From NCBI GenBank assembly GCA_963737155.1, contig CAVTRN010000002.1:1472001-1536000 (forward strand): a stretch of DNA of 64,000 bases, given 5' to 3'. Shown one piece after another: positions 54,137 through 64,000 of this stretch (positions within the stretch are counted from its first letter, which is position 1; each line of letters opens with the position of its first letter). Made by a program: the position numbers and the translations under genes. Below the pieces are notes generated by a model that saw nothing but the letters and a program-made list of their open reading frames with translations, searched no databases and was not told where the DNA came from. The stretch is from Nitrospirota bacterium (GTDB lineage: Bacteria > Nitrospirota > UBA9217).

Positions 54137-54720
54137 GAACGGTTCCATTCTGGAAAGAATATTTGGAAGCGGATTTATCAAGACTACGAACCCGTTGCAC
54201 AAATGCCTGGGCAGCCGCTTAGATCGCCTATGTGGGACGGTGACAGGCTGACATTATTGTATCGGCGAAGCACACGGCATGAAAGAACAATCGCGTTGGT
54301 TCTTTATGTCGTCATCTGAGGCGCGATCCCTTTGCCGCTTCGCCAAAGCTTCAGCAGATTATGTTACGCAGAGTAAGTTTCCATTCCTGCTAGAATGCAT
54401 CAAGCCCCCGGCGCAGATAGTATCGTATTCCACGATTATCTTTGACCTGACCAAATACCGTTTCGACAGTCTGGCCTCGTTTCTATTGTTTTAGGAACGG
54501 GAAACGTCTCCTTAGTTCTAAACTGCTCAGGTCAAAAAAGGGACAAGAAAAAACTTCGCACGCAAAGCCTATAGTTCAAATTGCATAGGATCCGTTCTGG
54601 ACGGAAAAATCGCGCAAACATTTTGCTTCTTGTCGACCATTCAGCTTTTCTTTGTGTCGAGGAGCCTGCCTTTGCACGGATATATTATTAAAGACTTTTA
54701 TATCGGGAGCTGAGAAGTTT

Positions 54721-54960
54721 GTGTGCCAAGCAAGCTTGTCTATTCAAGCCGGTGAAAGTCCGGCCTGGGCAAAGGCTCACTGCCAGCCCAGTACCAAATC
54801 CCGCATGCAGTGAGGTAACGATCTGCATGAAGTCGGGAGGTATCGGGCTTCAACGCAATTGAAGTTATTGAGCCCCCAAAATCTGCTTACTCACAGAGGC
54901 CGACATGCTAAACTTCCATGGAAGGCACGGTTCCGTGAGGGGCATGATATACCTCACATG
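54721..54960 (+). mobile_element. Group II intron 5' fragment (domain I), no RT ORF
   Basis: Starts GTGTGCC (GUGYG), ccggtgaaagtccgg, gcagtgaggtaacgatctgc-atgaag, gagcccccaaaat, gaggccgac...ggaaggca. Confidence 0.7.
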
Positions 54961-55239
54961 GTTGAATGATGTGGCACTCCTCCTACCGAAAGGTACGAGA
55001 AGCGGAGAACATAAACCAAATCTAGGTTAGACACAGGACATGTATACTCGACCAATAAAGCACAATAAATACGGCAAAAGAAACACAGAAAATTTCTCAC
55101 AAGACGGCCGTCACATTTGGCGGTTCTGTTAAATGCGACGGCCTACCGTGATGGTTTTTTCTTTCCCACTGCATCTTACATTCCATATTAATTCAAGACA
55201 ATCAATGTATTATTCCTTTCAATAACTATAAATATATCC

Positions 55240-55255
55240 CGGCATGATAGTTGTA
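55240..55255 (+). promoter_or_regulatory. Candidate sigma54 promoter for the stress cluster
   Basis: CGGCAT-GATAG-TTGTA downstream of a sigma54 activator gene. Confidence 0.45.
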
Positions 55256-55297
55256 ATATTCATGATTGTTCTATTCTTTATCAGGATTTTATACCGT

Positions 55298-55540
55298 CAA
55301 AAGGTTTATGAAAACCAGAGAGGCGAGTGTGAAATCATAGAGGGCGCAGAGAAAACTGGTTAATGCCTGTGCCTAATTTTTCAGTAAGATACTCTGTGAT
55401 CTCGTAGTTGATCCATCAAGAGAAGGACGAGGAACGCTGGTAATAAGGAGGGCATAGGGCGGGGAGAAATGCTAGTGGCTGATTGACTGACTGAATTCAA
55501 TATGTTCTCTGTTTTCTATGCCTAATAGTTTGACAATACG
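55298..55540 (+). repeat. ~240-bp non-coding repeat (second copy 61912-62155)
   Basis: Shared tttatgaaaa.ca.agaggc.agtgtgaaa...ctgaattcaatatgttctctgttttctatgcct.atagtttgacaatacg. Confidence 0.85.
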
Positions 55541-55565
55541 CAAGATTTATTTACGAGGTAAAAAA

Positions 55566-56243
55566 ATGAAAAAGTTTTGTTTTGGTATATTGATTTTGGC
55601 TCTGCCAATTGTCGTCCCTGTTCCAACGATGGCAGGGGTAGATGTAAACGTCAATATTGCTCTGCCACCACCAATCGTATTTTCCGCACCACCAGCGCTG
55701 ATAGTACTGCCTGAGACGTATGTCTACGTCGCTCCTGACGTAGACACGGACCTCTTCTTCTACAACGGTTGGTGGTGGCGTCCGTGGGAAGGACGTTGGT
55801 ATCGCTCACGGAGTTACAACTCAGGCTGGGCCTACTATCAAAGGGTTCCATCTTTTTATTCAGGAATACCCTCAGGTTGGAGGAATGACTACAGGGATCA
55901 TAGTTGGAATGGGCATGAGTGGAACTACCAGCGAATACCTCAGCAGCAAGTTCAACAGAACTGGAAGGGCTGGCAAAAGAGCAACTATTGGGAGAAGCAA
56001 CAATCTTGGGGTGTGAAAGGTTTGGAACCCCGCACGCGATCACAACAGCCGTCTCAAACAGTCCGAGCAAAAGCTAAGGCAAAACCGCAAGTTAGAAAGG
56101 CAGTGCAACCACAACAATCGCGACCGAGATCCGGAGAGATCCAACCACAGCACCCACAGCAACAACACAAGGTGACACCACAAGCATCTAAACCTCAAGC
56201 GGGAAAACCTGAAAAAGGGGAGGAAAGAGAGGATAAAAAGTAG
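55566..56243 (+). CDS. Secreted Pro/Trp-rich protein with Gln/Lys low-complexity tail, copy 1
   Basis: Signal peptide, VDVNVNIALPPP, FFYNGWWWRPWEGRWY; mature core identical to 60909 copy. Confidence 0.85.
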   Translation: MKKFCFGILILALPIVVPVPTMAGVDVNVNIALPPPIVFSAPPALIVLPETYVYVAPDVDTDLFFYNGWWWRPWEGRWYRSRSYNSGWAYYQRVPSFYSGIPSGWRNDYRDHSWNGHEWNYQRIPQQQVQQNWKGWQKSNYWEKQQSWGVKGLEPRTRSQQPSQTVRAKAKAKPQVRKAVQPQQSRPRSGEIQPQHPQQQHKVTPQASKPQAGKPEKGEEREDKK

Positions 56244-56428
56244 GATGATAAAAAGTTTACCCAACTTATGTGAAGATGACGCAGGTGAGCAGTTATATGA
56301 TGGACAGGGTACATTCACCTCCTGCTGATAATTACTATCATCGTTTTGGTCGCGTTCCTTCAAGGGTGCAGTTGGAGTTAGGTTGCGGTAGGTCATAAAC
56401 TTAAATGACGATATGAAGGAGGCACGAA

Positions 56429-56650
56429 ATGAAAACGAACACGCTGTTAGGAATCATTCTCATTGTTGTAGGGATTGTGGCCTTCGCGTATCAGGGCATT
56501 ACCTACACGACCAGAGAGAAGGTTGTCGATCTCGGTCCAATGCACATGACGGCTGATAGGACGAGGACGATTCCGCTCCCTCCGATTGTGGGCGCTATTG
56601 CGCTTGTAGGCGGCATTGTGCTGGTCTTTACGGGGAGCAAAAAAAACTGA
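56429..56650 (+). CDS. Small two-TM membrane protein (DUF3185-like)
   Basis: RBS AGGAGG; GITYTTREKVVDLGP...IPLPPIVG. Confidence 0.8.
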   Translation: MKTNTLLGIILIVVGIVAFAYQGITYTTREKVVDLGPMHMTADRTRTIPLPPIVGAIALVGGIVLVFTGSKKN

Positions 56651-56906
56651 GAAAAGTCACTCAGTTAAATTCAAGATGATGGTGACGACTACACAGTAGG
56701 ACGTTCTCTTGCAGAGTTCTGTGAACAGCAGAGAGACCGAGGAACGGCTTGTAACAAACCCCGGGGAAATCAAGGGTGTGAAATCCGTGAAGGTCTTTTT
56801 AAGGAGGAAGAGAGAAAGTAAGTCTTCTCAGGCAGCATTTAGATAAAGGAGTTAACTGCGGCTAAAGCACTAGCAGCTCAATCGAAATCTTTAAGGGAGG
56901 AACTCT

Positions 56907-57092
56907 ATGAAATCCAGCATGCAGGACACAGCGAAAGGCTCGTATCACGAAGCAAAGGGTAAGGTCAAGGATATGGCCGGGGAAATCACTAATGATCCAA
57001 GGTTGGAGGCCGAAGGAAAAGACGAAAGGATAGCAGGTAAAGTGCAGAAAAGGCTCGGTCAGACCAATAGGCTCTTTCGGTCAAGTCAATAG
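56907..57092 (+). CDS. csbD: CsbD-family stress protein
   Basis: AKGKVKDMAGEITNDPRLEAEGK..IAGKVQ. Confidence 0.85.
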   Translation: MKSSMQDTAKGSYHEAKGKVKDMAGEITNDPRLEAEGKDERIAGKVQKRLGQTNRLFRSSQ

Positions 57093-57192
57093 GCTCTTGG
57101 GGGAGTAGTGAGAACGGCGTATCCGGGGTCGGCGTATCCTTGGGCGACAGCTGCGATTGTATGTTACACCACTAGCAGGACGCTGAAAGTCA

Positions 57193-57337
57193 CTAGTGTA
57201 GTGCGTCATAAATCCCTTTATATCGGCTGCCAATTCTGAGCGAAGTGAAGAATCCCGCTTTTCCAAATACTTGAGACTCTTCACTTTGTTCAGGGTGACA
57301 GTGCTAAAGTCAAGAAGCGTTGGACGCATTACACCAG
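57193..57337. mobile_element. MITE-like insert containing an internal palindrome
   Basis: Inverted ends CTAGTGTAGTGCGTC / GACGCATTACACCAG; inner ctgagcgaagtgaagaatc...gactcttcactttgttcag; absent from the paralogous csbD-BON spacer. Confidence 0.65.
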
Positions 57338-57396
57338 GTCTTCGGAGTAAAAGAGTTTAAAAAACAATAATAACAGCAAGAATAGGAGAAGATACA

Positions 57397-58152
57397 ATGA
57401 AAGAAATATATTCTGTAGTTCTGATGGTGGCAGTAATGGCTATTGCGACGATCGATGTGCCTGCGTATGCGACCAAGATGGATAATCGCATCGAATCATC
57501 AGCAAAGCAGTCGTATGTGTTCAAAACCTATCTCAAGAACGATGATATTAAAATAGAGTCTAATAACGGCGTGGTCACCTTGACAGGGACTGTCTCAGAG
57601 GGATACCACAAATCATTGGCCCAGGAGACCGTGGCGGGTCTGCCCGGGGTCAAAAGCGTCGACAACAAACTGGAAGTCAAGGGGGAACACCCCGCTGAGA
57701 ACTCGGATGCGTGGCTAACTGCAAAAGTGAAAGCAACGCTCCTGTTTCACCGAAGCGTGAGCGCCATGACGAAAGTTACCACTAAAGATGGAATCGTGAC
57801 CCTCCAAGGCGATGCAACGAGCCAAGCGCAAAAGGAATTGACGACTGAATACGCCAAGGATATCGAAGGGGTCAAAGACGTCAATAATGAGATGACCGTG
57901 TCTCAGACTCCTAAAAAGGCACCCCAAACAACGGGTGAAAAAATAGATGATGCTTCCATTACTGCCCAGGTCAAGATGGCGCTGCTGTTCCATCGTTCGA
58001 CCAGCGCCCTCAACACCACGGTAGCGACAAAGCGCGGCGTAGTCACGGTGGGCGGTAAGGCTGGGAATCAAGCCGAAATAGACCTGGTGTCCAAACTCGT
58101 CAACGACGTAAAGGGTGTGAAGAGAGTAAAGAACCGGATGACTATAGAGTAG
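57397..58152 (+). CDS. Periplasmic triple-BON (OsmY-like) protein, copy 1
   Basis: Signal peptide; three GVVTLxG...GVKxVxN repeats; DDASITAQVK. Confidence 0.92.
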   Translation: MKEIYSVVLMVAVMAIATIDVPAYATKMDNRIESSAKQSYVFKTYLKNDDIKIESNNGVVTLTGTVSEGYHKSLAQETVAGLPGVKSVDNKLEVKGEHPAENSDAWLTAKVKATLLFHRSVSAMTKVTTKDGIVTLQGDATSQAQKELTTEYAKDIEGVKDVNNEMTVSQTPKKAPQTTGEKIDDASITAQVKMALLFHRSTSALNTTVATKRGVVTVGGKAGNQAEIDLVSKLVNDVKGVKRVKNRMTIE

Positions 58153-58230
58153 TTGATTTCAGGTACGCATAGATTGCCGGGCCGATTAGCGCGTGGTCAA
58201 TGGGCTTTAGCAATCCGGAAGGAGGACCAA

Positions 58231-58380
58231 ATGCTGTGGACAATCGCTGTGGTATTGCTGGTTCTGTGGGCAGTCGGGCTGGTGAGCAGTTACACGATGG
58301 GTGGATTTATCCATATATTGCTCGTGCTCGCAATTATAGTTATTGTGATCAACCTCATTCAGGGACGAAGACTTGGGTAA
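58231..58380 (+). CDS. lmo0937-family small membrane protein
   Basis: MLWTIAVVLLVLWAVGLVSSYTMGGFIHILLV; RBS AGGAGG. Confidence 0.85.
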   Translation: MLWTIAVVLLVLWAVGLVSSYTMGGFIHILLVLAIIVIVINLIQGRRLG

Positions 58381-58616
58381 ATGATTTAAAGGTAATAATT
58401 GGCGATATTGCATTAAACAAAGAATAAGAGAGTAAGCTTGTACCGCACAATTCGCGAGACACGACTTCGTGGGCGGGGCATTAGATTCTCGTCCTTGATC
58501 AATGGCCTCCGCCTTCGGTCCCGCCGCCGTCGACCCTCGACGGCGCGCGGTTCCCGCACGACGAGCCGTAGGGCGTACTAAGGGACTTGGTCATGTAACA
58601 GGGAAGGAGAAAAAAC

Positions 58617-58769
58617 ATGGGATTAATACTACTTATAATTTTGATCCTCGTGCTTATCGGTGCACTACCTACTTGGCCTCACAGCAGGGGCTGGGGATAC
58701 TATCCAAGCAGCGGACTCGGATTGATCATTGTGATTTTGATCATCCTGTTGCTCCTTGGGCGGATCTGA
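58617..58769 (+). CDS. DUF3309-family small membrane protein (not in ORF track)
   Basis: MGLILLIILILVLIGALPTWPHSRGWGYYPSSGLGLIIVILIILLLLGRI; RBS AAGGAG. Confidence 0.88.
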   Translation: MGLILLIILILVLIGALPTWPHSRGWGYYPSSGLGLIIVILIILLLLGRI

Positions 58770-58829
58770 AAAGGTTCCAGAATAAGAGAAATCATTATGA
58801 ACTCGGCTAAGAGGAGAGGTGCAAGATAA

Positions 58830-58990
58830 AATTAAAGACCTGAAGCAAAACGAGTTGAAACAATTAAGAGATGCAGTTAAACAGTGACGGGGAACGCTCA
58901 CTGACAAAGACATTTATACGGTCGATGGGAACGTGGTTTAGCTGCAGGCATGATACGGATGCACAGGAGAACAAGCAGAAAAGAAGATAG
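58830..58990 (+). pseudogene. Decayed YjbJ/CsbD-like gene
   Basis: KQLRDAVKQ*RGTLTDKD...LQA*YGCTGEQAEK resembles KQxxGxVKQxWGKLTDDD...LQERYG. Confidence 0.55.
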
Positions 58991-59247
58991 CTTTATATTC
59001 CTCAGCAATATGAAACCAAGGGGGAAAAAAACGGTTCAAACAGTATGTGAAACATTCTCAGACTCGACTCCTGAAGAGAGGCCTCTGCTGAAAAATAGTC
59101 TATTAAAGACTAAAGATACAGGAGAGCGGAAGGGGTTATCCACGCAGGTAATGCATTGACACGGCAAACACTGCAGGCAGATTGTGAAGTGGGGCTAGTA
59201 TGGCTATCTTGGACGGAGTAGAAGCAAGGCATGAAAGAAGGGATACT

Positions 59248-59439
59248 ATGCTGTTAACTCATGTAGTCATTATTTTAGTTGTTATTGGGGTGATTCTATG
59301 GTTAGTGAATAGCTACATACCGATGCAGTCTACCATAAAGAATATCTTCAATGTCGTTGTGATTATTGCGGTGATCCTCTGGCTATTGAGTGTCTTCGGA
59401 ATCTTAAGCTCTCTCCAAACGATTCGTGTTGGAAGGTGA
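59248..59439 (+). CDS. Thivi_2564-like small membrane protein
   Basis: VVIGVILWLVNSYIPM..IKNIFNVVVIIAVILWLL. Confidence 0.8.
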   Translation: MLLTHVVIILVVIGVILWLVNSYIPMQSTIKNIFNVVVIIAVILWLLSVFGILSSLQTIRVGR

Positions 59440-59777
59440 AGGATCTGAAAATACACTCAAAGTAGTGAAGACGGAGCACTTGTGCCTGCTATGTGAACAA
59501 TCGTTGTGGTACTTATGGTGCTCTGGTGCTAAGATTTATCGCCGGTAATACGATTAACGGAAAATCCATGTTTTCCTTGTGATCGCAATTCTTGTAGTGT
59601 TGATAAGAGTCATTTAGGGACGAAAGACATGTAGTTGATGGGGGCGTGAGACATGGACGAAGATTATTTCTAGGAAATTCCCTCCAGCCACTGGTGTTGT
59701 TTTTTACACGAGCCGCTGAGCCATTTCGCAAAATTCCTTTACGCCATCAATCGCCTTACATATTAAGGAGATCGGCC

Positions 59778-60098
59778 ATGATCGAAACCACCATTAAGAT
59801 GACGGTGCCTGTTGATAAACGGAAGGAAATCCTTCAAACGGTAAAAGCGATACTTGGCTCAATCCGGAACGAGCGTGGCTGCATAAGCTGCAATTGCTAC
59901 ATTGATGTGGAGGATGAACGCGTCTTATTCTTTGAGGAGGAGTGGAAGACAAAAGAGGACTTGGAAAACCATTTGAGGTCCGACCATTTCGGTGTTTTGA
60001 ACGGAGCAATGAGACTGCTTCTCGAAGAGCCGGACATCAGATTCAATACCATTGCATTCACGGCAGGGCCGGAAGCGATAAAAACGGCGCGGGCGTGA
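59778..60098 (+). CDS. Antibiotic biosynthesis monooxygenase (ABM) family protein
   Basis: IRNERGCISC, FEEEWKTKEDLENHLRSDHF; RBS AAGGAG. Confidence 0.85.
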   Translation: MIETTIKMTVPVDKRKEILQTVKAILGSIRNERGCISCNCYIDVEDERVLFFEEEWKTKEDLENHLRSDHFGVLNGAMRLLLEEPDIRFNTIAFTAGPEAIKTARA

Positions 60099-60425
60099 TG
60101 AGGAAAAAACGAGTTGAACAGGTAAGCGGACAGTATGATCACGGTAATGTTGATGATAACGAAATAGGCGTGTTTATTTGGAACCTAACAAACCTGGCAC
60201 GCTAAAGTAATGGAGGACCAATAAAAAAAAATACGAATTGCATTGCCTTTGCAACATGAAACTAGAGGGGGGAAATCCGCTTCAAGCAGTACGTGGAACC
60301 TTCTCAGAATTGACTCCTTGAAGAAGAGGCACCTGTTGAAAAGAGTCTATTAAAAAAAAACAAAGACGCAACTTTAGTAGAAAATTCATTCGACTCGAAA
60401 GAAACATAGAAAGGATGGAAATATT

Positions 60426-60596
60426 ATGTGGAAAAAAATTAAACTATTGATAATCGGGGTCATGTTGCTCGTATCCAGCAACGGTTGTTGGTGGCGGGGT
60501 GACCATGGAGGACCTGGGGACGGTGGCCATGATGAACATCATGATGAACATCATGAAGAACATCATGAAGACCAAGGCGGTGATGAGCACCATTAA
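60426..60596 (+). CDS. 56-aa His/Asp/Glu-rich predicted lipoprotein (not in ORF track)
   Basis: MWKKIKLLIIGVMLLVSSNGCWWRGDHGGPGDGGHDEHHDEHHEEHHEDQGGDEHH. Confidence 0.75.
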   Translation: MWKKIKLLIIGVMLLVSSNGCWWRGDHGGPGDGGHDEHHDEHHEEHHEDQGGDEHH

Positions 60597-60908
60597 AATG
60601 CTGCCGGGTCCGGTCAAGATTGATTTACCTTCATAGCATTTTATGCAGGAGAAGAAACATCAGGTTAAAATGAAGCTTTCTTACTGCGTCTGACAAACAG
60701 ACGCAAATTCACGACTCGACGAGGCACACGTGCAACCTGATGGTCTTTCCGTCGTTCTTAGGGAAGGGAAATATTCCATGGTCAGGTGTGTCTGTATTGA
60801 TATTATTGACACATTGGAATAAAGCTATAATGCGGATCGCTCGGCACGATTGTTGTAATTCTTCTGTGTGTCAGGTCATCAGGATTGATTTGTATAGGAG
60901 GTAACAAA

Positions 60909-61586
60909 ATGAAAAAGTTGTTTTTGGGGGCATTGGTTTTAGCTATGGCATTTGTAGCTCCTGTTCCAACGATGGCAGGGGTAGATGTAAACGTCAATAT
61001 TGCTCTGCCACCACCAATCGTATTTTCCGCACCACCAGCGCTGATAGTACTGCCTGAGACGTATGTTTATGTGGCTCCTGATGTAGACACGGACCTCTTC
61101 TTCTACAACGGTTGGTGGTGGCGTCCATGGGAAGGACGTTGGTATCGCTCACGGAGTTACAACTCAGGCTGGGCCTACTATCAAAGGGTTCCATCTTTTT
61201 ATTCAGGAATACCCTCAGGTTGGAGGAATGACTACAGGGATCATAGTTGGAATGGGCATGAGTGGAACTACCAGCGAATACCTCAGCAGCAAGTTCAACA
61301 GAACTGGAAGGGCTGGCAAAAGAGCAACTATTGGGAGAAGCAACAATCTTGGGGTGTGAAAGGTTTGGAACCCCGCACGCGATCACAACAGCCGTCTCAA
61401 ACAGTCCGAGCAAAAGCTAAGGCAAAACCGCAAGTTAGAAAGGCAGTGCAACCACAACAATCGCGACCGAAATCCGGAGAGATCCAATCACAGCACTCAC
61501 AGCAACAACAAAAGGTGACACCAAAAAAATCTAAACCTCAAGAGGGAAAACCTGAAAAAGGGGAGGAAAAAGAGGATAGAAAGTAG
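60909..61586 (+). CDS. Secreted Pro/Trp-rich protein, copy 2
   Basis: Near-identical to 55566-56243; RBS AGGAGG. Confidence 0.87.
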   Translation: MKKLFLGALVLAMAFVAPVPTMAGVDVNVNIALPPPIVFSAPPALIVLPETYVYVAPDVDTDLFFYNGWWWRPWEGRWYRSRSYNSGWAYYQRVPSFYSGIPSGWRNDYRDHSWNGHEWNYQRIPQQQVQQNWKGWQKSNYWEKQQSWGVKGLEPRTRSQQPSQTVRAKAKAKPQVRKAVQPQQSRPKSGEIQSQHSQQQQKVTPKKSKPQEGKPEKGEEKEDRK

Positions 61587-61587
61587 G

Positions 61588-61830
61588 ATGACAAAAAGTT
61601 TACCCAACTATGAAGATGACGCTTCCATTAGCGCACGATTCGAGATGGCACTGCTGCTCCATCGTTTGACCAACCCACTTAACACCAAGGTAGCGACTAA
61701 GCGTGACGCGTACACAGGGGATGTTGTTCTGCAGGGTTTTATGAACGTAGAGATACCGAGGAACGGATTGTAAGATCAGGGAAATCAAGGCCGTAAAATC
61801 TGTGAAGAGTCTCTTGATGGTGGGGAAAAA
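61588..61830 (+). pseudogene. Decayed BON-domain fragments
   Basis: DDASISARFEMALLLHRLTNPLNTKVATKR matches the third BON repeat; GDVVLQGF follows. Confidence 0.6.
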
Positions 61831-62179
61831 AGGTAAGTCTTCTCGGGTGGCAATTTGATGACGGAGTTAACTGCGGCTAAAGTACTTGCAGCCAAATTGA
61901 TATCGATACTGTAAAAAGTTTTATGAAAATCAAAGAGGCAAGTGTGAAACCATAGAGGGCGCAGAGGAAACCGGTTAATGCCGGTGCCTGATTTTTCAGT
62001 AAGATACTCTGTGATCTTGTAGTTGACCCATCAGGATAAGGATCAGAAACGATGGTAATAAAGGGGGCAAAGAGGGGGGAGAAATGCAAGTGGCTGATTG
62101 ACTCACTGAATTCAATATGTTCTCTGTTTTCTATGCCTCATAGTTTGACAATACGTTGATATCTTTAAGGAGGGACTCC

Positions 62180-62359
62180 ATGAAATCCAGCATGAAGGAC
62201 AAAGTGAAAGGCAAGTTTCACAGGGCAAAGGGTAAGGTCAAGGAAATCGCCGGGAAAATCAGCGATAATCCCAAGTTGGAGGCCGAAGGAAAAGGCGAAA
62301 AGATAGCCGGCAAAGCACAGGAAAAGATCGGTCAGGTCAAGAAGGTCCTGGGGAGGTAG
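62180..62359 (+). CDS. csbD: CsbD-family stress protein, copy 2
   Basis: DKVKGKFHRAKGKVKEIAGKISDNPKLEAEGKGEKIAGKAQEKIG. Confidence 0.92.
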   Translation: MKSSMKDKVKGKFHRAKGKVKEIAGKISDNPKLEAEGKGEKIAGKAQEKIGQVKKVLGR

Positions 62360-62452
62360 TGAGGGTGGCGTATCATGCACTGGAGTGTCCTTGGACCGCC
62401 GGCTGCGGTTGCATGATAAACTACAGTAACAACAATAAAGGGAGGACTTGTT

Positions 62453-63211
62453 ATGAAAGCAATATATTCTGTGGCTTTGGTGGTGGCCGCAATGGCCCTG
62501 CTAACGATCGATGTGTCTGCGTACGCGACCAAGATGGATAACCGCATCGAATCATCAGCCAAACAGTCGTATGTGTTCAAGACCTATCTCAAGGACGATG
62601 ATATTAAAATAGAGTCAAGGGACGGTGCCGTCACCTTGACGGGGACAGTCTCAGAAGAACCCCATAAATCATTGGCTCAAGAGACCGTAGCGGCCCTGCC
62701 CGGTGTGAAAAGCGTTGACAACAGGCTGGAAGTTAAAGGGGAACGCCCGGCTGAAAACTCGGATGCGTGGCTCATGACGAAAGTGAAAACAACACTCTTG
62801 TTCCATCGGAGCGTGAGCGGCTTCAAAACGGAAGTTAACGTGAAAGACGGAAACGTCACTTTGCAAGGCAAAGCGAACAGCCAGGCGCAAAAGGATCTTG
62901 CGACCGAATACGCTAAGGATGTCGAAGGGGTCAAAGACGTCAATAATGAGATGACCGTGTCTCAGAATCCGAAAAAGGCACCCCAAACAACGGGTGAAAA
63001 GATCGATGACGCCTCAATTACCGCCCAGGTAAAGATGGCGTTGCTGTTCCATCGCACGACCAGTGCACTGCACACCACAGTCGCGACAAAGCGCGGCGTA
63101 GTCACGGTAAGCGGCAAGGCCAGGTTTGCACCCGAAAAAGACTTGGTGACCAAACTCGTCAAAGACATAAAAGGTGTGAAGAGAGTAAATAACCGTATGA
63201 CCATCGAGTAG
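62453..63211 (+). CDS. Periplasmic triple-BON protein, copy 2
   Basis: Close paralogue of 57397-58152. Confidence 0.92.
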   Translation: MKAIYSVALVVAAMALLTIDVSAYATKMDNRIESSAKQSYVFKTYLKDDDIKIESRDGAVTLTGTVSEEPHKSLAQETVAALPGVKSVDNRLEVKGERPAENSDAWLMTKVKTTLLFHRSVSGFKTEVNVKDGNVTLQGKANSQAQKDLATEYAKDVEGVKDVNNEMTVSQNPKKAPQTTGEKIDDASITAQVKMALLFHRTTSALHTTVATKRGVVTVSGKARFAPEKDLVTKLVKDIKGVKRVNNRMTIE

Positions 63212-63287
63212 TTAAAAAGCAGGTACGCATAGATTGCCGGGCCGATGAGCACGTGGGCACGGGGCCTGAGCAACGAGGTATTTGTCC

Positions 63288-64000
63288 ATGACTGAACAGA
63301 GTAATTCTCAGACGGGGATCCACTTCCTTTTCATCGCGGCCGCGCTTATCATTATCATCTGGGGCATCAATCAGGCACAGTCGGTCCTCGTGCCCTTCCT
63401 TTTCGCCGTTTTCCTTGCTATACTCGGGACTCCATTGGTACTCTGGCTCGAGCGGAAACGCATTCCCTCCGTCGTTGCGGTATTGATCGTGGTAACAGGC
63501 ATGATCACCATTCTACTGATCGTCGGCGGTCTTGTAGGCACGTCCCTCAACGGATTTATCGATTCCCTGCCTTCATATCAACAACGCATGCATGAACAAG
63601 TCTCGTCACTCAAGGCGCTGCTGGCAAATAAAGGTATTCGGGTCACGGACAAGATGCTGTTCGAGTATATCAATCCGAATGCGATGATGAGGATGGCAGT
63701 CGGCATGATCGGGGGGTTGGGCTCAGCGCTCTCGAACATTATCCTGATCCTGCTAACCATAACGTTTATCCTGCTCGAAGCCTCAAGCTTCCCTGTCAAG
63801 CTCCGTGCTGTCCTCGGTGATCCTCAACAGTCATTTCCCCAGTTCACGAGGTTCGTTGATGATATTAAGCGGTATATGATCATCAAGACGGTGATCAGCC
63901 TGACTGCAGGTATTCTGATCGGGATATGGCTTTCTGTCCTCGGTGTAGATTCTCCTGTTCTGTGGGGTTTTCTGGCCTTTTTGCTCCACTATGTACCCAA
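63288..64000 (+). CDS. AI-2E family transporter, 3'-truncated by window edge
   Basis: Open frame MTEQSNSQ...VLVPFLFAVFLAILGTPLVLWLERKRIP...WGFLAFLLHYVP. Confidence 0.88.
   Translation, partial: MTEQSNSQTGIHFLFIAAALIIIIWGINQAQSVLVPFLFAVFLAILGTPLVLWLERKRIPSVVAVLIVVTGMITILLIVGGLVGTSLNGFIDSLPSYQQRMHEQVSSLKALLANKGIRVTDKMLFEYINPNAMMRMAVGMIGGLGSALSNIILILLTITFILLEASSFPVKLRAVLGDPQQSFPQFTRFVDDIKRYMIIKTVISLTAGILIGIWLSVLGVDSPVLWGFLAFLLHYVP

Noticed and set aside
58436-58590. GC-rich spacer with IS-like end (ggcgtactaag) and ORF 58502-58810
   Set aside because: No convincing inverted repeat pair; the ORF overlaps the real DUF3309 gene out of frame
60528-60570. 12-bp tandem repeat as non-coding VNTR
   Set aside because: In frame within the His-rich ORF, so coding

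Overview
Bacterial window whose gene content suggests an anaerobe of the Nitrospirota/Desulfobacterota type (inference). 1-31.3 kb is a mostly intact block. It holds a 5'-truncated CoA-dehydratase activase, two HAMP histidine kinases with a sigma54 activator and receivers, and a sigma54-promoter-driven cluster (MFS, TauE/TSUP, TIGR02186, USP, TatA, PEP-synthase-like dikinase). It also holds an unusual pair of GspE-N(MshEN-like)+DUF202-repeat membrane proteins, an OmpA lipoprotein, a frameshifted IS200 with hairpins, and an orphan CbbQ/NorQ + VWA pair next to a DsrC/TusE homologue without the C-terminal Cys. 31.3-51 kb is heavily rearranged accessory DNA: IS1380, IS256 with target duplication, an IS701 remnant, an ~11 kb integrase-less island in the 3' end of a minus-strand tRNA-Sec, a solitary attC, an HU-VOC chimera and many pseudogenes. 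51-64 kb is a PAS-sigma54 regulator plus a partly duplicated general-stress cluster (CsbD, BON, DUF3309, lmo0937-like, ABM, AI-2E) with two unannotated His-rich mini-lipoproteins and a group II intron 5' remnant. All family calls come from recognising motifs by eye, not from database searches.
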